Shown here in pieces: positions 37,901 to 63,063 of a DNA stretch of 64,000 nt. The stretch is from NCBI RefSeq assembly GCF_947568905.1, contig NC_079165.1:3162001-3226000 (forward strand), read 5' to 3'. Below the pieces are notes generated by a model. The model had not been told where the DNA came from, ran no database searches, and saw nothing but the letters and a program-made list of their open reading frames with translations. This DNA comes from Ostrea edulis (Eukaryota). The first letter of the stretch is position 1; the number at the start of each line of letters is the position of its first letter. The position numbers and the translations under genes were made by a program.

Positions 37901-40900
37901 TTTTCTATTTATTCCCAATTTCCCATGTAAAACTTTGATCCCCTATTCAATTGTGGCCCCGATCTACCCCCGGGGGCCATGATTTGAACAAACTTGAATA
38001 TGGACTATGTCAGGAAGCTTTCATATAAATTTCAGCTCTTCTGGCTCATTGGTTCTTGAGAAGATGATTTTTAAAGATTTTACTATATATTTCTATGTAA
38101 AACTTTGATCCCCTATTGTGACCCCAATCTACCCCCGGAGGCCATGATTTGAACAAACTTGAATATGCACTATGTCAGGAAGCTTTCATGAAAATTTCAG
38201 CTCCTCTGGCCCAGTGGTTCTTGAGAAAAAGATTTTTAAATGACCCCACCCTATTTTTGCATTTTTGTGATTATCTCCCCTCAAAAGAAAACTGGACATG
38301 TAACTTTTTAGTGAAATAATTCTTTTCTAATAATGTATCAGTTTTATGGAGGTCACTCTTAGTTTCCTTCATTTAAGTTTCCTAAAGATAGGACATACAT
38401 AAATCACAAAAACATTGTCAAACTTTAATTCAAAATAGAATAGCATAATTTATTCATATAGTGTGTGAGTTCTTACCTCATGAGTACTTTTGTTTTCCAC
38501 TATGCAACCATAATTCAAAGATTGCTGTCTGGTAGCCTAAGAAACATAAAATACGTTTCACATTACAAAGAAAGCATAAAAACAAAATCACCATTGTGCT
38601 TGTATTAAAACTTACAAATTTTTTAAAACAATACATATTTATCTGTTTAATGCAGAATAAAGAACCAAATCTTGTTAGATTACTATGTCACTTAAAGTTT
38701 AAATATCATGTAGAGAAATATGCTGCAATTCAAGCATTTAAAATACATAACTTTGATAAAATATGGATGAAGTGGGAAAATATTTTTGCAATTGATTAAT
38801 TATTACTACATGTACTTGTCATTATTTTTAGTACATGTATTATTGTTATTATTATTACTTTCACTATTGTACAGCAAGTAACCTAAACCACAGGGAGATG
38901 TATGCATGTATGAAAGGTATGTTTGTGTAAGTGTTTGATGTATTGTATGAAACCAAAAAAATAAATAAATTATAAAAAAAAAAAAACTTACAAATTCAAT
39001 AAATAATTAAAGTTTAATTGTTGCATATGTAAAGAAAAGAAATTTGAAATGCATTTTTAAAAATAATGGAAGACAAGTTATACATGTATTTTTAAATATG
39101 TCCATGTCTCACTATATGTTTATTTTGGAAAGCAAGTATTGCCATTTATGAATACATCACGCAAATTCTAATTGGAATAAATTATATCCCACCACCATTT
39201 AAATGATAATCAGTAATGCATATTCATCATCTGTGACATTTGTTAGCGAGTTTGCCCATGAGTGATGAGCAGAAAGTTAAATTCAGCCAGGATTATCTCT
39301 GTTCCCTGCATTGTACAGTGTCAATCGGATAATGAGCTCGTCCTTTTCAGCAACTGGTAAGAAGACTCGGATGTGGATCGGCGCAAAAATTGCATCAAAT
39401 CGATGTATTTCTTCGTCGGAAGCGCGCCTGTGGATGAAGTTAAAAGGCCAGAACCAAATCCCTGTATAATGTGTTATTTAGATTTTCACCACAGATTCGG
39501 TTTTGGTATCATTAACGTCTTATTCACTCTAATACATAAACATATAAGTGGAAATTGATAGCATTAGAATACCTTAAATATGTATGATATCTTAGATGCA
39601 TTTGAAAGTTTGTGTTTCATATTGTAACATACGACTGTGACATCATAGTTGCATTTGTGTACACATGGCAACAGACTCTGATGGCATCCATCCACATATG
39701 AAGTTCATTTGCGGTTACAGAAATAGCCGAGTAGTTATGATTTGTACATTGTGATAGAAAGTTATATTCAGCCAGGATTACCTCTGTTTTCAGTATTGTA
39801 CAGTGTGATAGAAAGTTAAATTTAGCCAGGATTACCTCTGTTCTCAGTATTGTACAGTGTGATAGAAAGTTAAATTTAGCCAGGATTACCTCTGTTCCCA
39901 GTATTGTACAGTGTGATCCTCCCCCTTTCTGTACTGTGAAGGACAACATCTCCTTGAGAGGGAAATCCCCACATACATCTGAATTCATGACAAAGAAGCT
40001 GTCAGGATTCCCAGCCAAAATCTGGTCTCTAAAGTGATATAGCCCTCCTGCTGTACCCAAGCCTGTATATTCCTGTAAGTATCTACAACAGAACATATGA
40101 TATAATGTCATGTACATTTCGCACTTTCTTAGTGGTTCTATATCATGAAAAGGTGAAGATAACGAACTGTGATCAATCTTATAACTCCTATAAGCAATAC
40201 AAAATCAAGAGTTGAGCAAACACGGACCCCTGGATATACCAGAGGTAGGATCAGGTGCCTAGGAGGAGTAAGCATCCCCTGTCAACCAGTCACATCCTCC
40301 GTGAGCCCTATATCTTGATCAGGTAAACGGAGTAATCTGCAGTCAAAGCCAGGATATAAAGATGGCCTAACAATGCATGAGTATGAAACACATCAGACAA
40401 CATTTGATCCAATGATAGGTTGTATTGGCAAACTAGATCATTATAACGACCACAGAATTTGCAAATTGCTGACTTTAAACAAGACTGTTGAAACCCCCGC
40501 ACCAGCAACTTGTTTGTCAGTAGCCTGCTTAAATTTAAAAACTGATCATAGTTCACAGTAAGTTAATACTGTAAGTGGAATTTTTTTAGCAAGACACAAA
40601 TTTAGCTTTATATATATTTATTTATTGGTGACTTTATAATGCCAGGGAAGATAACTATTACTTGCAATATGGAATAAATTGTTAGCAATATGCAATTTTA
40701 GCCTTATCATCAGTACAAGAAAGACCAAACTACTCAAGGCAAATACAAACAACCAGACCAGTCTCAAAGTCAAAATCAATTCCTCTGGAAGAAGTCGACT
40801 CCTTCACATATCTTGGCAGTATCATGGGCGGTCAGGGAGGCTCTGAACAAGACATCAAAAGCCGAATAGGAAAAGCAAGAACAGTCTTCAGAATGATGAT

Positions 40901-43900
40901 AACTATCTGGAGAGCAGGCAATATTACTTTGAACACCAAAATCAGGTTATTCAACTCCAATGTCAAGACGATCCTATTGTACAGCTGCAAGGCTTGGAAA
41001 ACCACCAAACACCTTATTAACAAGCTACAAGTCTTTATCAACAAATGCCTTAGACAAATACTGAAGATTAGATGGCCTGAAAAGATAACCAACGTGGATC
41101 TATGAGAGAAGACCAAACAGCAGCCCATAGAGTCGGAGCTTAAAAAACGGAAATGGAGCTGGATAGGCCACACTTTACGAAAGCCAGCTAACTCCATCAC
41201 CAGACAAAGCGTTACAGTGGAACCCTCAGGGAAAAAGGAAAGTAGGAAGGCCAAGAAACACCTGGAGATGAAATGTCCATGCAGAAATGGAGTCTGAGGG
41301 ATATAGGTGGCAAGACCTGGCCAGACTGGCACAAAACAGAACCAGATGGAGGAGTGTTGTTGGTGGCCTATGTACCACACAGGTACCACAGGCATAAGCA
41401 AGTAAGCATGCAATTTTAGCGATCTTGGCATCCTCACTAATAATGCCAAAATTAAATCCTCGTTAAAACTTCTGCTTATACGATGTATATAATTTATCCT
41501 CCTTTAGTATAGTGGTTCTGTGACATAATGAACAGCAGTTTTGCTTGACAAGAGAGTGGCCCTGGGTTCGAACCCGCAGACTACTCTATGTGAAAAATTT
41601 GAACACTGCAAAAAATAAGACACAAAAGAAACGGCACCTACTTAATAGTCTTTGGTTCCGTATGAAAATTAAGTTAGGGTATCAAATATACAGGAAGAAT
41701 AAAAGATTACCTGACTTGGATTTTAAATTCTTGCTGGACACTACTGATGAACTTATTCAAGGCATCATTAGGCTGGTAGAACCCGATCAATATCACCTCC
41801 CTCATATGTGGAACCTTTAAAAAGTCATATCATGTTGTGTATTCTGAACATAAGTATTTGTAAACCTTTTCTTAATCAATGGTATATCTAATATATATAA
41901 TATTTATACTTCTTTTTATCTACCTCATTGTATGTAGTTGTTATAAACTACTGAGTCATCATTTTCCCCAAATTTTGTTTTTTACTTTTAATGATCAAAA
42001 TCTACTGTTGTTATTTGAACAAATATTGGGGTATGTTATTGTTTACAAAGTTTTCAAAATAAATGGATATCAATCAAAGTTTATTCATGGCTTTAACCTT
42101 CACTTTTGAGTATGAGTACGATTTTGAGCACAGACTTTGAGTATGAAAATGTGCTCAAAAAAGTTTTATAACCTGCAGACCTGAGCGCCTGTGTGTTAAA
42201 CAGACTTTTACTAACCTTACTGCATGCTTCAATGTGATGATAAATTATAGGATACCCAGCAACAGGAAATAAGGGTTTTGGAAGCTCAAGTGACAGGGGC
42301 CGAAAGCGAGTACCTTTAAAAACAGAGAACTCATTTTAGAATAACTCGTACATTATTTTGATCTTGATAACACTCTCTAAAATTGGTTGCATCAGTTATG
42401 TGTATGAAACATGGTACTTGAATATAATTACAGATTAACAAATCACTCAACAGTGTTCTCCACCAGAAGGAAATCATGTCTGCTTGAACAATTTTCAGAA
42501 CTAGATTTCGAAAATAGTTTACTGAAATTTTTACTGTGTACCTGGGCTTTCAATAAGGGGCAGTGGGAGGCAATTTTCCACCATTTCAATGATCGGAATT
42601 CATCCCTTCAAATTTCATAATTTGCAAAAATTAACTAATTGGAAATTACTCTAAAACAGCCTCTTCAAATGGCTAAATTCACCACTTCACTTTAAAGTTA
42701 TTGAAAGCCTTGCTACATACATGTCTGGTTTCAACCTATGTAACAAATGGGATTTAGATGGTATACATAAAAGCAGTAAAAGTTAACATTGTTCATCAAG
42801 ATTTGTAAAATTGTGCGTAGAATTGAAACTAGGTTTGAGCAATTAGAAAAAAATTGCAATGTCCACAGTCAGGTTGAAAACCCATGGGTTCAGTGAAGAT
42901 CCCCTAATGAATTGCAGGCAAAGTATGCATTCTATTGGAGTGGTCTAATCACTGTTGAACATCTAGCATACTACTGTTGTGTCGATAACAGCATGTCACT
43001 TTGTTCACATGCAAATTTCACTCACTGATTGGCCATTTGGTTTCAACAAAAATGAGATTGGATGACCACACGACGCCATTTTCTCAGTGTGATTGGTCAT
43101 TAAGAATAAATGTAAAGCCTGTTTCACTGAAATCTATGAAAAGCCTAACCCAAATATTTGCCCTCAATCAAGCAAAGTGACACACAAAATGAAGTATTTC
43201 ATGGAGTCCATGTGTTCAAGTTACTGGTAGATATTGTTCAGACCCATCTCACTCTTTATTTCTGTAAAAAGTGCAAACTGGGATACAAAAGATTGGACCT
43301 TAAAAGTCTCCTGACATGTGCTCTACTTACTATCGTTCCAATAATGAGGCGTAGCTGAAACCAGCTAGTATGATTGTTTTCATGTGCTAACTCTATATAT
43401 TTCTATATTAATCCATTAAACAATTATACAAGTTGGCCTATGTAATGAATTTCATTATTGTGAAATGGATTTCAGACTCCTTCCCTCTTACGCAGCAACT
43501 TTGTCTTTGATATGAAATTTCTTGACTGTGTTGTCAATTCTATAGACAATTTGTGTCATGTTGAGTGTGTGTCGCACTTATTCAGCATTGCAAGGAGTTT
43601 GCCATTTTTTTCAATAAAGACACCAAAACACCTGTTTATGGTAATGTTTACTTTCTCGCTAAAGAGGCATAATCGCGTTATAAGGGAAGTGTTCCCAACC
43701 TGTTGAGTTGATAGAGTGGTCGAGTTGATTGTTACAATGATCAGCTAGTTGATTCAACTACCAAAAGTGCTGATTGCTAAAAAATGTGTTTCGGGTTTTA
43801 TATCCACTGTCTGCCCCCTCCCTCACAAACATTTGCGTCTTTATCAAAGGTGTTTGATTAGGGCTTATGCAATTTAACTGGGTGTTCTTGGGCGAGGCAG

Positions 43901-44042
43901 ACCAAAAATCAAATGTAGTCGGGACATCGCGTTTTGCATTTTCGTCTTTTCTTCTACATCGTCACGAGAAATATTCGAGTGCAAATACAGAATGAATGTT
44001 ACCTTTCATTGGCCCTCCAATCAGGATTATGGTCTTGATCAT
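30285..44042 (-). CDS. GMPPA: Mannose-1-phosphate guanyltransferase alpha (GMPPA), complete, 11 coding exons, 421 aa
   Basis: Minus-strand exons 44003-44042, 42216-42313, 41711-41814, 39890-40082, 38477-38536, 37010-37140, 33004-33132, 32132-32276, 31595-31687, 30864-31035, 30285-30385 sum to 1266 nt, all GT-AG and phase-compatible. Peptides: [33 protein letters not shown] (alpha-type insertion), [57 protein letters not shown]. Confidence 0.97.
30525..30833 (-). mobile_element. PLE 3' fragment in the last GMPPA intron
   Basis: CATAATTCCTATAAAGAATACAAAA...GAAACACGTCAGACAGCATTTGACCC...GACTTTAAATGAGAC, homologous to the other copies. Confidence 0.85.
32553..32806 (-). mobile_element. 5'-truncated SINE (bivalve Meta/Deu-core type, from recalled motifs)
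   Basis: Minus strand reads GTACCCCTTGCTTGTTGTAAGAGGTAATTAAATGGGG...GTGTGGCACGATGAAGATCCATCCCTGCTCAAAGG...CTCCATATGAGTGAAAA, resembling the common oyster SINE body and tail. Confidence 0.65.
34600..34730 (+). mobile_element. Short PLE 3' terminal fragment
   Basis: GGATGCTTACTCCTCCTAGTCACCTGATCCCACCTCTGG...GAGATTGATCACTGTTGGTTATTTCACTTTTTCAT. Confidence 0.8.
36069..37020. repeat. 68-bp minisatellite, 14 copies, each containing the end and donor of GMPPA exon 6
   Basis: CTTAC motif every 68 bp from 36121 to 37005; the minus-strand unit includes GACAATTACAA|GTAAGGGAG. Confidence 0.97.
37179..37331. repeat. ~27-bp minisatellite, about 5.5 copies
   Basis: AAAACCGGATTTATAACTAGTCAAATA in tandem. 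Confidence 0.9.
37329..38281 (+). mobile_element. Helentron-associated non-autonomous element (HINE-like) 5' part with Cg170/HindIII-like satellite monomers, 3'-truncated
   Basis: Starts AAACAAGAGGCCCAAGGACCACATCACTCACCTGAG; GGCCATGATT recurs at 37451, 37630, 37796, 37975 and 38140 (179/166/179/165 bp); each monomer has an AAGCTT site. Confidence 0.8.
39740..39915. repeat. 54-bp tandem repeat (about 3 copies) spanning the GMPPA exon 4 donor
   Basis: ACAGAG|GTAATCCTGGCT at exon-end positions 39890, 39836 and 39782; a fourth dispersed copy near 39270-39325 has GT mutated to AT. Confidence 0.95.
40143..40555 (-). mobile_element. PLE 3' fragment in GMPPA intron 3
   Basis: Minus strand encodes [57 protein letters not shown], followed by the conserved 3' tail. 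Confidence 0.9.
40690..41408 (+). mobile_element. RTE-X-like LINE 3' fragment, pseudogenised
   Basis: [80 protein letters not shown]; 3' tail GCATAAGCAAGTAAG. Confidence 0.8.
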
Positions 44043-44714
44043 GGTTGCTAAATAAACTAAGTGGAGACACTACACGTCAAGAAAAAGAAAATTCGGAAAC
44101 TTGACTATCTCACTAAAATTCAAACAAACTCGTATAGACATTAGAATTCCGGAAAATGTGTTGGCCCATAAAACTGAACTTGCCTAGATTGGAAAAAATA
44201 AGAAGTAGAGGCATTTTTTAATTGATGCAAGTAAATTTGGATGTTTCCATAATCGTGAAAAGATTTTTGCTTAACATCGAAAAGGCATTCTTGTGATTCA
44301 TATTTTGAAAATAGTTTATTTATAGGCTAATGAATTTGCATAATTAGTAAAACCGCTTCAGGCAATATTCAGGATATAAAGTACATAATACTTTGAAACT
44401 CTAATGAAAATAGAGGGGAGAAAAAGGTAAGAATGGAAATATTGTATATTGATATATCAGAGGTTGTATTCTGCTTGCAGCATACTCTATTAAATGATCA
44501 AAGCAAAAGTTCACAATATTCATAGTACACCGGTACTTCGCTATATGCACAATTTATACCTGTAATCAAATTCATTTCGGGGGGGGGAAATGAAACACCA
44601 TGTCCTGTTCTCTAGCTAAAGTGCGTACAGTACGTTCTACAGAAAATACGTTCTGGGTTTTCTATATTTATCATATTGAGATATCTATTTATGTGTATTA
44701 CTGCCATCAGCGTA

Positions 44715-45325
44715 CTCTCATTGACAGCTGCTACACTGTGTATTGTCACTGTCAGCTGTTAAACTGTGTATTGTCACTGTCAGCTGTTAAACTGTCACTG
44801 TCAGCTGTTAAACTGTGTATTGTCACTGTCAGCTGTTAAACTGTATATTGTCACTGTTAGCTGTTAAACTGTGTATTGTCACTGTCAACTGTTAAACTGT
44901 CACCGTCAGCTGTTAAACTGCGTATTGTCACTGTCAGCTGTTAAACTGTGTATTGTCACTGTCAGCTGTTAAACTGTCACTGTCAGCTGTTAAACTGTGT
45001 ATTGTCACTGTCAACTGTTAAACTGTCACCGTCAGCTGTTAAACTGCGTATTGTCACTGTCAGCTGTTAAACTGTGTATTGTAAATAACAGCTGTTAAAC
45101 TGTCACTGTCAGCTGTTAAACTGTCACTGTCAGCTGTTAAACTGTGTATTGTCACTGTCAGCTGTTAAACTGTGTATTGTCACTGTCAGCTGTTAAACTG
45201 TGTATTGTAAATAACAGCTGTTAAACTGTGTATTGTCACTGTCAGTTGTTAAACTGTCACTGTCAGCTGTTAAACTGCGTATTGTCACTGTCAGCTGTTA
45301 AACTGTGTATTGTCACTGTCAGCTG
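44715..45325. repeat. 28/21-bp mixed-unit minisatellite upstream of GMPPA
   Basis: TGTCACTGTCAGCTGTTAAAC(TGTGTAT) units, more than 20 copies. Confidence 0.95.
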
Positions 45326-45509
45326 TGGAGTATTCAGGGCAAAGATCTGCCGGGGAAGCAGATGATGATGGGCAGACCCCTTTTCTGCAATAAATGATAT
45401 AAACGTGACGAATGAAATGGACGAATTCCGATACACCCGTTCCCAAAGAACGTGTAGGACACTTTGTTTTACATGATAAAGTGAAGATGTAGCATTGAAG
45501 TCTAAATCG

Positions 45510-46495
45510 TTTGAATAGTTGTATAGACAAATGTAAAAGTTGTATAAATAAATATAATAGTTGTGTAAATAAATGTAATAGTTGTATAGATTAATGTAAT
45601 AGTTGTGTACATAAATGTAATGGTTGTATAGATAAATATAATAGTTGTATAAATAAATGTAATAGTTGTATAGATAAATGTAATAGTTGTATAGATAAAT
45701 ATAATAGTTGTATAGATAAATATAATAGTTGTATGGATAAATATAATAGTTGTATAGATAAATGTAATAGTTATATAGATAAATATAATAGTTGTATAGA
45801 TAAATGTAATAGTTGTATAGATAAACATAGTTGTTGTGTAGATAAATAAAATAGTTGTGTAAATAGATGTAATAACTGTATCGATAAATATGATAGTTGC
45901 ATAATTAAATGTCATAATAGATGTAATAGTTATTTAAATAAATGAAATAGTTGGTTGTATAAATAAATGTAATAATAGTATAATTCAATGTAATAACTGT
46001 AAATATAATAGTTGTATAAATAAATATAATAGTTGCATAAATAAATGTCATAATAGATGTAATAGTTATTTAAACAGATGAAATAGATATTTGAATAAAT
46101 GTAAAAGTTGTATAAATAAATATAATAGTTGTGTAAATAAATATAATAGTTGTATAGATAAATGTAATAGTTGTGTAAATAAATATAATAGTTGTATAGA
46201 TAAATATAATAGTTGTGTAAATAAATGTAATAGTTGTGTAAATAAATGTAATATTTGTGTAAATAAATGTAATAGTTGTGTAAATAAATACAATACTTGT
46301 ATAAATAAATATAATAGTTGTATATATAAATGTTATAGTTGTGTAGATAAATATAATAGTTGTATAGATAAATGTAATAGTTGTGTAAATAAATGTAATA
46401 GTAGTATAAATAAATACAGTACTTGTATAAATAGATATAATAGTTGTATATATAAATGTTATAGTTGTGTAGATAAATGTAATAGTTGTATTACA
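45510..46495. repeat. AT-rich 21-bp minisatellite, partly degenerate
   Basis: AATAGTTGT(A/G)TA(G/A)ATAAAT(A/G)T in tandem; source of spurious FIYTTI/NKYNSC ORFs. Confidence 0.93.
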
Positions 46496-46609
46496 ATATT
46501 AAACAGCCTCAGACCCGAGCAGGGGGATAAAAGGAACGTTAACCTCGCACAGAAAAAGAACAAAACACAACAAAAGACAGATGTACACATCTTCCTCAGC
46601 AACCAATAC

Positions 46610-46747
46610 NNNNNNNNNNNNNNNNNNNNNNNNNNNNNNNNNNNNNNNNNNNNNNNNNNNNNNNNNNNNNNNNNNNNNNNNNNNNNNNNNNNNNNNNNNN
46701 NNNNNNNNNNNNNNNNNNNNNNNNNNNNNNNNNNNNNNNNNNNNNNN
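46610..46747. other. Assembly gap (138 N)
   Basis: Run of N. Confidence 1.
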
Positions 46748-47003
46748 GAGGAAGTCCTTACAATGTATATATACCTGTACGTTATTGTAAAGTTACACAT
46801 GTTGTATCTAGGTAGTTATATAAGGACACCTATTTAAGTTTATTAATATATACTCTCTTTCGAATTCTGCAAAAAATGTTCTTGAGAGAGAGTATCAGTT
46901 GGGTTATGTCCCCTCCAACCTAACCTCTTGTATGTAAACCTATTACTTTCCGTAGATCATGTTTATGGGGACGTAACTGTCGGGGCGGAAGCCTGGTAAC
47001 TGA

Positions 47004-47094
47004 CATCTTCGCTAGCCAAGGGTTTACGATCCGCTCCGCTTCTCTACAAAAAGAAGCGAGCGGATCGTAAATCAGTCCTTGGCTACTGAAGATG
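47004..47094. mobile_element. 91-bp fold-back mini-MITE
   Basis: CATCTTCGCTAGCCAAGG..TTTACGATCCGCTC..GCTTCT pairs with AGAAGC..GAGCGGATCGTAAA..CCTTGGCTA..GAAGATG; flanks GGTAACTGA / GGTAACTAT (7 of 9 match, TSD-like). Confidence 0.7.
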
Positions 47095-47370
47095 GGTAAC
47101 TATGGACGTCCTCGCATAAGTTTAGGAGATAATTAACACACTTATTATTATATGTTATTGTGCAGGCAAACAATTGTTAAGGACACCTGTGAAAGCTTAT
47201 CAATTACTTTCTTTCGAATAGTAAAAAAATTTTTGAGAGAAAATATTGATATCAATAGGAACATGTCCCCACACCACTCGTCCCCACCATAATCTCCAAA
47301 CATGTTTATGGGGACGCAACTGTAAGGACAGACTTTTCACCTGATGGGTCAAATTGTTAAAAATTGTCTT

Positions 47371-47407
<37 letters not shown>

Positions 47408-47565
47408 ACAGACTTTTTAAAACTGTTCCCTCTCTCGTTCACGATCCACGAATAACGTGCGTTGTTGTCACTTGATCAATATATGTAGTGTGACGATACT
47501 TTTTCAAGACCACCTGGGCCGGATTATGAATTAATAATGTGTCGTCTCTCGTTCACACCAGCAGC

Positions 47566-49538
<1,973 letters not shown>

Positions 49539-51605
49539 TCAACTAAAAATGGTCATTCTGAAAATGACCAGTACTTACAATTGTCCAAATCTAGAGCATA
49601 TGTACTTGATTTCAATTAAATTGGAGTACTTTTAGCAAAATTTGTCATGGTGTATTTTGCCACTGTGTATGGAAGATATATAAGTTTTCAATAAATCTAT
49701 ATCTAAAACTATCATTTTAGATTTAATTCCTCTGTATAGGGAATAAAAATCTGAAAACATGTACATTCAAAATAATTACAGTCTAAAGCAGTGAGTCAAA
49801 TGTACTAACCCAGCAGTAGAAAAAAGAAAACATCAGTAGGAATGATACAGAATTTATTTCCATTACATGTAGGACATCCTTAATAACAATTATAGCAAAA
49901 ACTAACGAAAAATACTAATATCACAATCAGAAAAAAAGGAAGAGAAAAAATCCCCACAACCTACATGTTGGATTTCATTTATACATATAATATCTTTGTA
50001 AATAAAGCTTTTTAATATATGCAATTGAGATCTAAAGAGGAAATAAGCATTAAACAATAGAACGTGACTGAATGCACGTGGAATAATCACAACTGGAATT
50101 CTTAGTAAACTTGGTACATGTATTTATATGATATTTTTAAACTGTAAACAAGCACTTGTTTGTCTATGAACTTATAAAACAAAGATACACTTCTTCCTAA
50201 CGTTCTAAGTTTTATTGGATTAATTTTGTGTCTCTCTTCTGCAAAACATAATGTTTCCCATGTAGATGGAAAGAAAACTATGTTTAAAATGTGAAAGCTT
50301 GTTTTAGAATAGTTTTTCTTGTTTCCATTGTTCAATAGTTCCAATAAATTAATCAAGAAAATATTTCAACTTTGACCATAATTTTAAAATATATCATGTC
50401 CATCAAAACTCGAGGTCAATAAATAAAAGTACAGTAGAATTTTAGAATCATCTTTATATCTTTCATATAAGTTTGTAATGTACCAAATTTGTTCATATCT
50501 GAACAACACAGAATATGATAGTTTGAAATTCTAAATAATGCGGGAATGTATCTCTAATCAAGTGCCCTTTCATACGACCTTGAAACTAAGAAAAAAACGG
50601 TATAAATGCCACAAATAACACAGTATTAATTTGTATATTGCACTACTAAACGCAACTCTGACAACAACAGGAAATATACACAGAAATATATCCTAACACC
50701 ACATACATATCAATCAAACCTTTTCATTCTTAATAATGCAACAAGTATCAATAAACAGAAAAACATCAATAACATATCATGTGTAGATATTCTAATATTG
50801 GGGAACAATACGTAAAATATTGCCCCAATGTTGTTGCAGTAGCAATTGTTTTTGTGTCATGAAAATGTGATGTATGACACTTTTTTCACAATGAATGTCT
50901 ACAAAACATGTTCTATTAAAATGAAAAGATCTAGTTGTGAAACATCATGCCCCTATATTTAATTGCACAAATATGACCTTGACCTTTATCTGTCACTTTA
51001 ATCTTTTAGTTCATCAAATCTGAAGTCTTTATCTGCTATAACAGTGTACAAAAAAACCCATCCGCCCAACACGCATAAATTTTTTTGTAGAGACACCTGA
51101 CCGGACGTGTTAAAATTTCCGTTAAATAAATTTAGATGTGTTATATCTATTTATCATACCAGTAACAAAGTTGTAACAAGCCAAGGTGCTTTATCAAATT
51201 ACATATGATCTGGAGTGAAATGGGAACTAAGTCCTAGTCACATAATAGGTTTAATTAGACGATAGATCGTAATAAAAGTAATTTCAAAAATGGCAGTTAT
51301 GTTCTCAGGGCTAGCAGGTCTTTTGCAGGACTTACAATTTTACAAGCAATCAGCCCTGCATGTCTTGCTAATTTTACAGCAAGTTTTAAACAATGTATAT
51401 AGTTGAAAAGTTATGACCAAAATTAAAGTTGCAGAGTGAAAGACAAATCAAAAATAATATGCCCCCAAATAATGTCTATCTTAACTATCCCTTAATAGCC
51501 TCAAACAACAACAAATTTCAGAATATATGTCTTATAAATATATGAACCATGTATGAATGTAGTATTCCCTGGTGAAGTAAATTATTTCCATAGCGGGTTC
51601 TAATG

Positions 51606-51668
51606 CATCGTCGGAAACCCATGGTCGGTCACACTACGTTTACCTCAGACCGTGGGTTTCTGACAATG
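51606..51668. mobile_element. 63-bp fold-back mini-MITE with a perfect 9-bp TSD
   Basis: CATCGTCGGAAACCCATGGTC / GACCGTGGGTTTCTGACAATG inverted arms; TSD GTTCTAATG at 51597-51605 and 51669-51677. Confidence 0.8.
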
Positions 51669-52349
51669 GTTCTAATGCTGCAGATGAGTTACCTATTTGT
51701 GTATTGAAATCACAAGTCCTCATTTCACACCTACTACAACACACACTCCTGGACTGTAGAGCACTATGGAATTAGATATGCAATTTTCACCAATATAAAA
51801 TCTACTGTATACTGTAAAAGCAAATGATCAGAAAAACACAGATGCTGTATAATCTGATGAGGAGATTCAACTACACATATAACATCAATCATTACGATTA
51901 ATGCATACACAATGTAAATAATTCATATAACAGAAGACTGGATTTCTGTATGATCGACAAATCAACAAAAGAGCACAACCGACCATTGACAATTCGGATA
52001 ACAAACCCCATTTCTTTCTTCATCAAAAGTTTCGTTCAAACCGTCCTTAATTTCTATCACATTTTGAAAAATGACAAGTATACATGCAGATTTCCTACAA
52101 TACAATTAATGAATATACAAACAGTGCTTTAGATATTATGCATTGCTACTGAACCTTGGAATGATAATTGATTACAAAGAAGAGATTCACATATTTTGCA
52201 ACTGAAATGAAGATTTTAGAGGATGACTGAAGTTGGAACAAGCTTAAGAAATGCACGCTACATTTAGTAGAGATGAAATGACCAGAATGGTGTTGTATAG
52301 ACGATAGTTCTGACACTGAAGTCGATACAGATGTCCAAACTAAAACGGG

Positions 52350-63063
<10,714 letters not shown>

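Noticed and set aside
40832-41449. 205-aa minus-strand ORF
   Set aside because: Antisense shadow of the RTE-X LINE fragment.
46495-46609. Abruptly GC-richer segment next to the gap, considered as foreign DNA
   Set aside because: Contig-edge sequence of uncertain quality and too short to interpret.
45502-46837. FIYTTI / NKYNSC / LFTQLL ORFs
   Set aside because: 21-bp AT-rich repeat; one ORF runs through the N gap.
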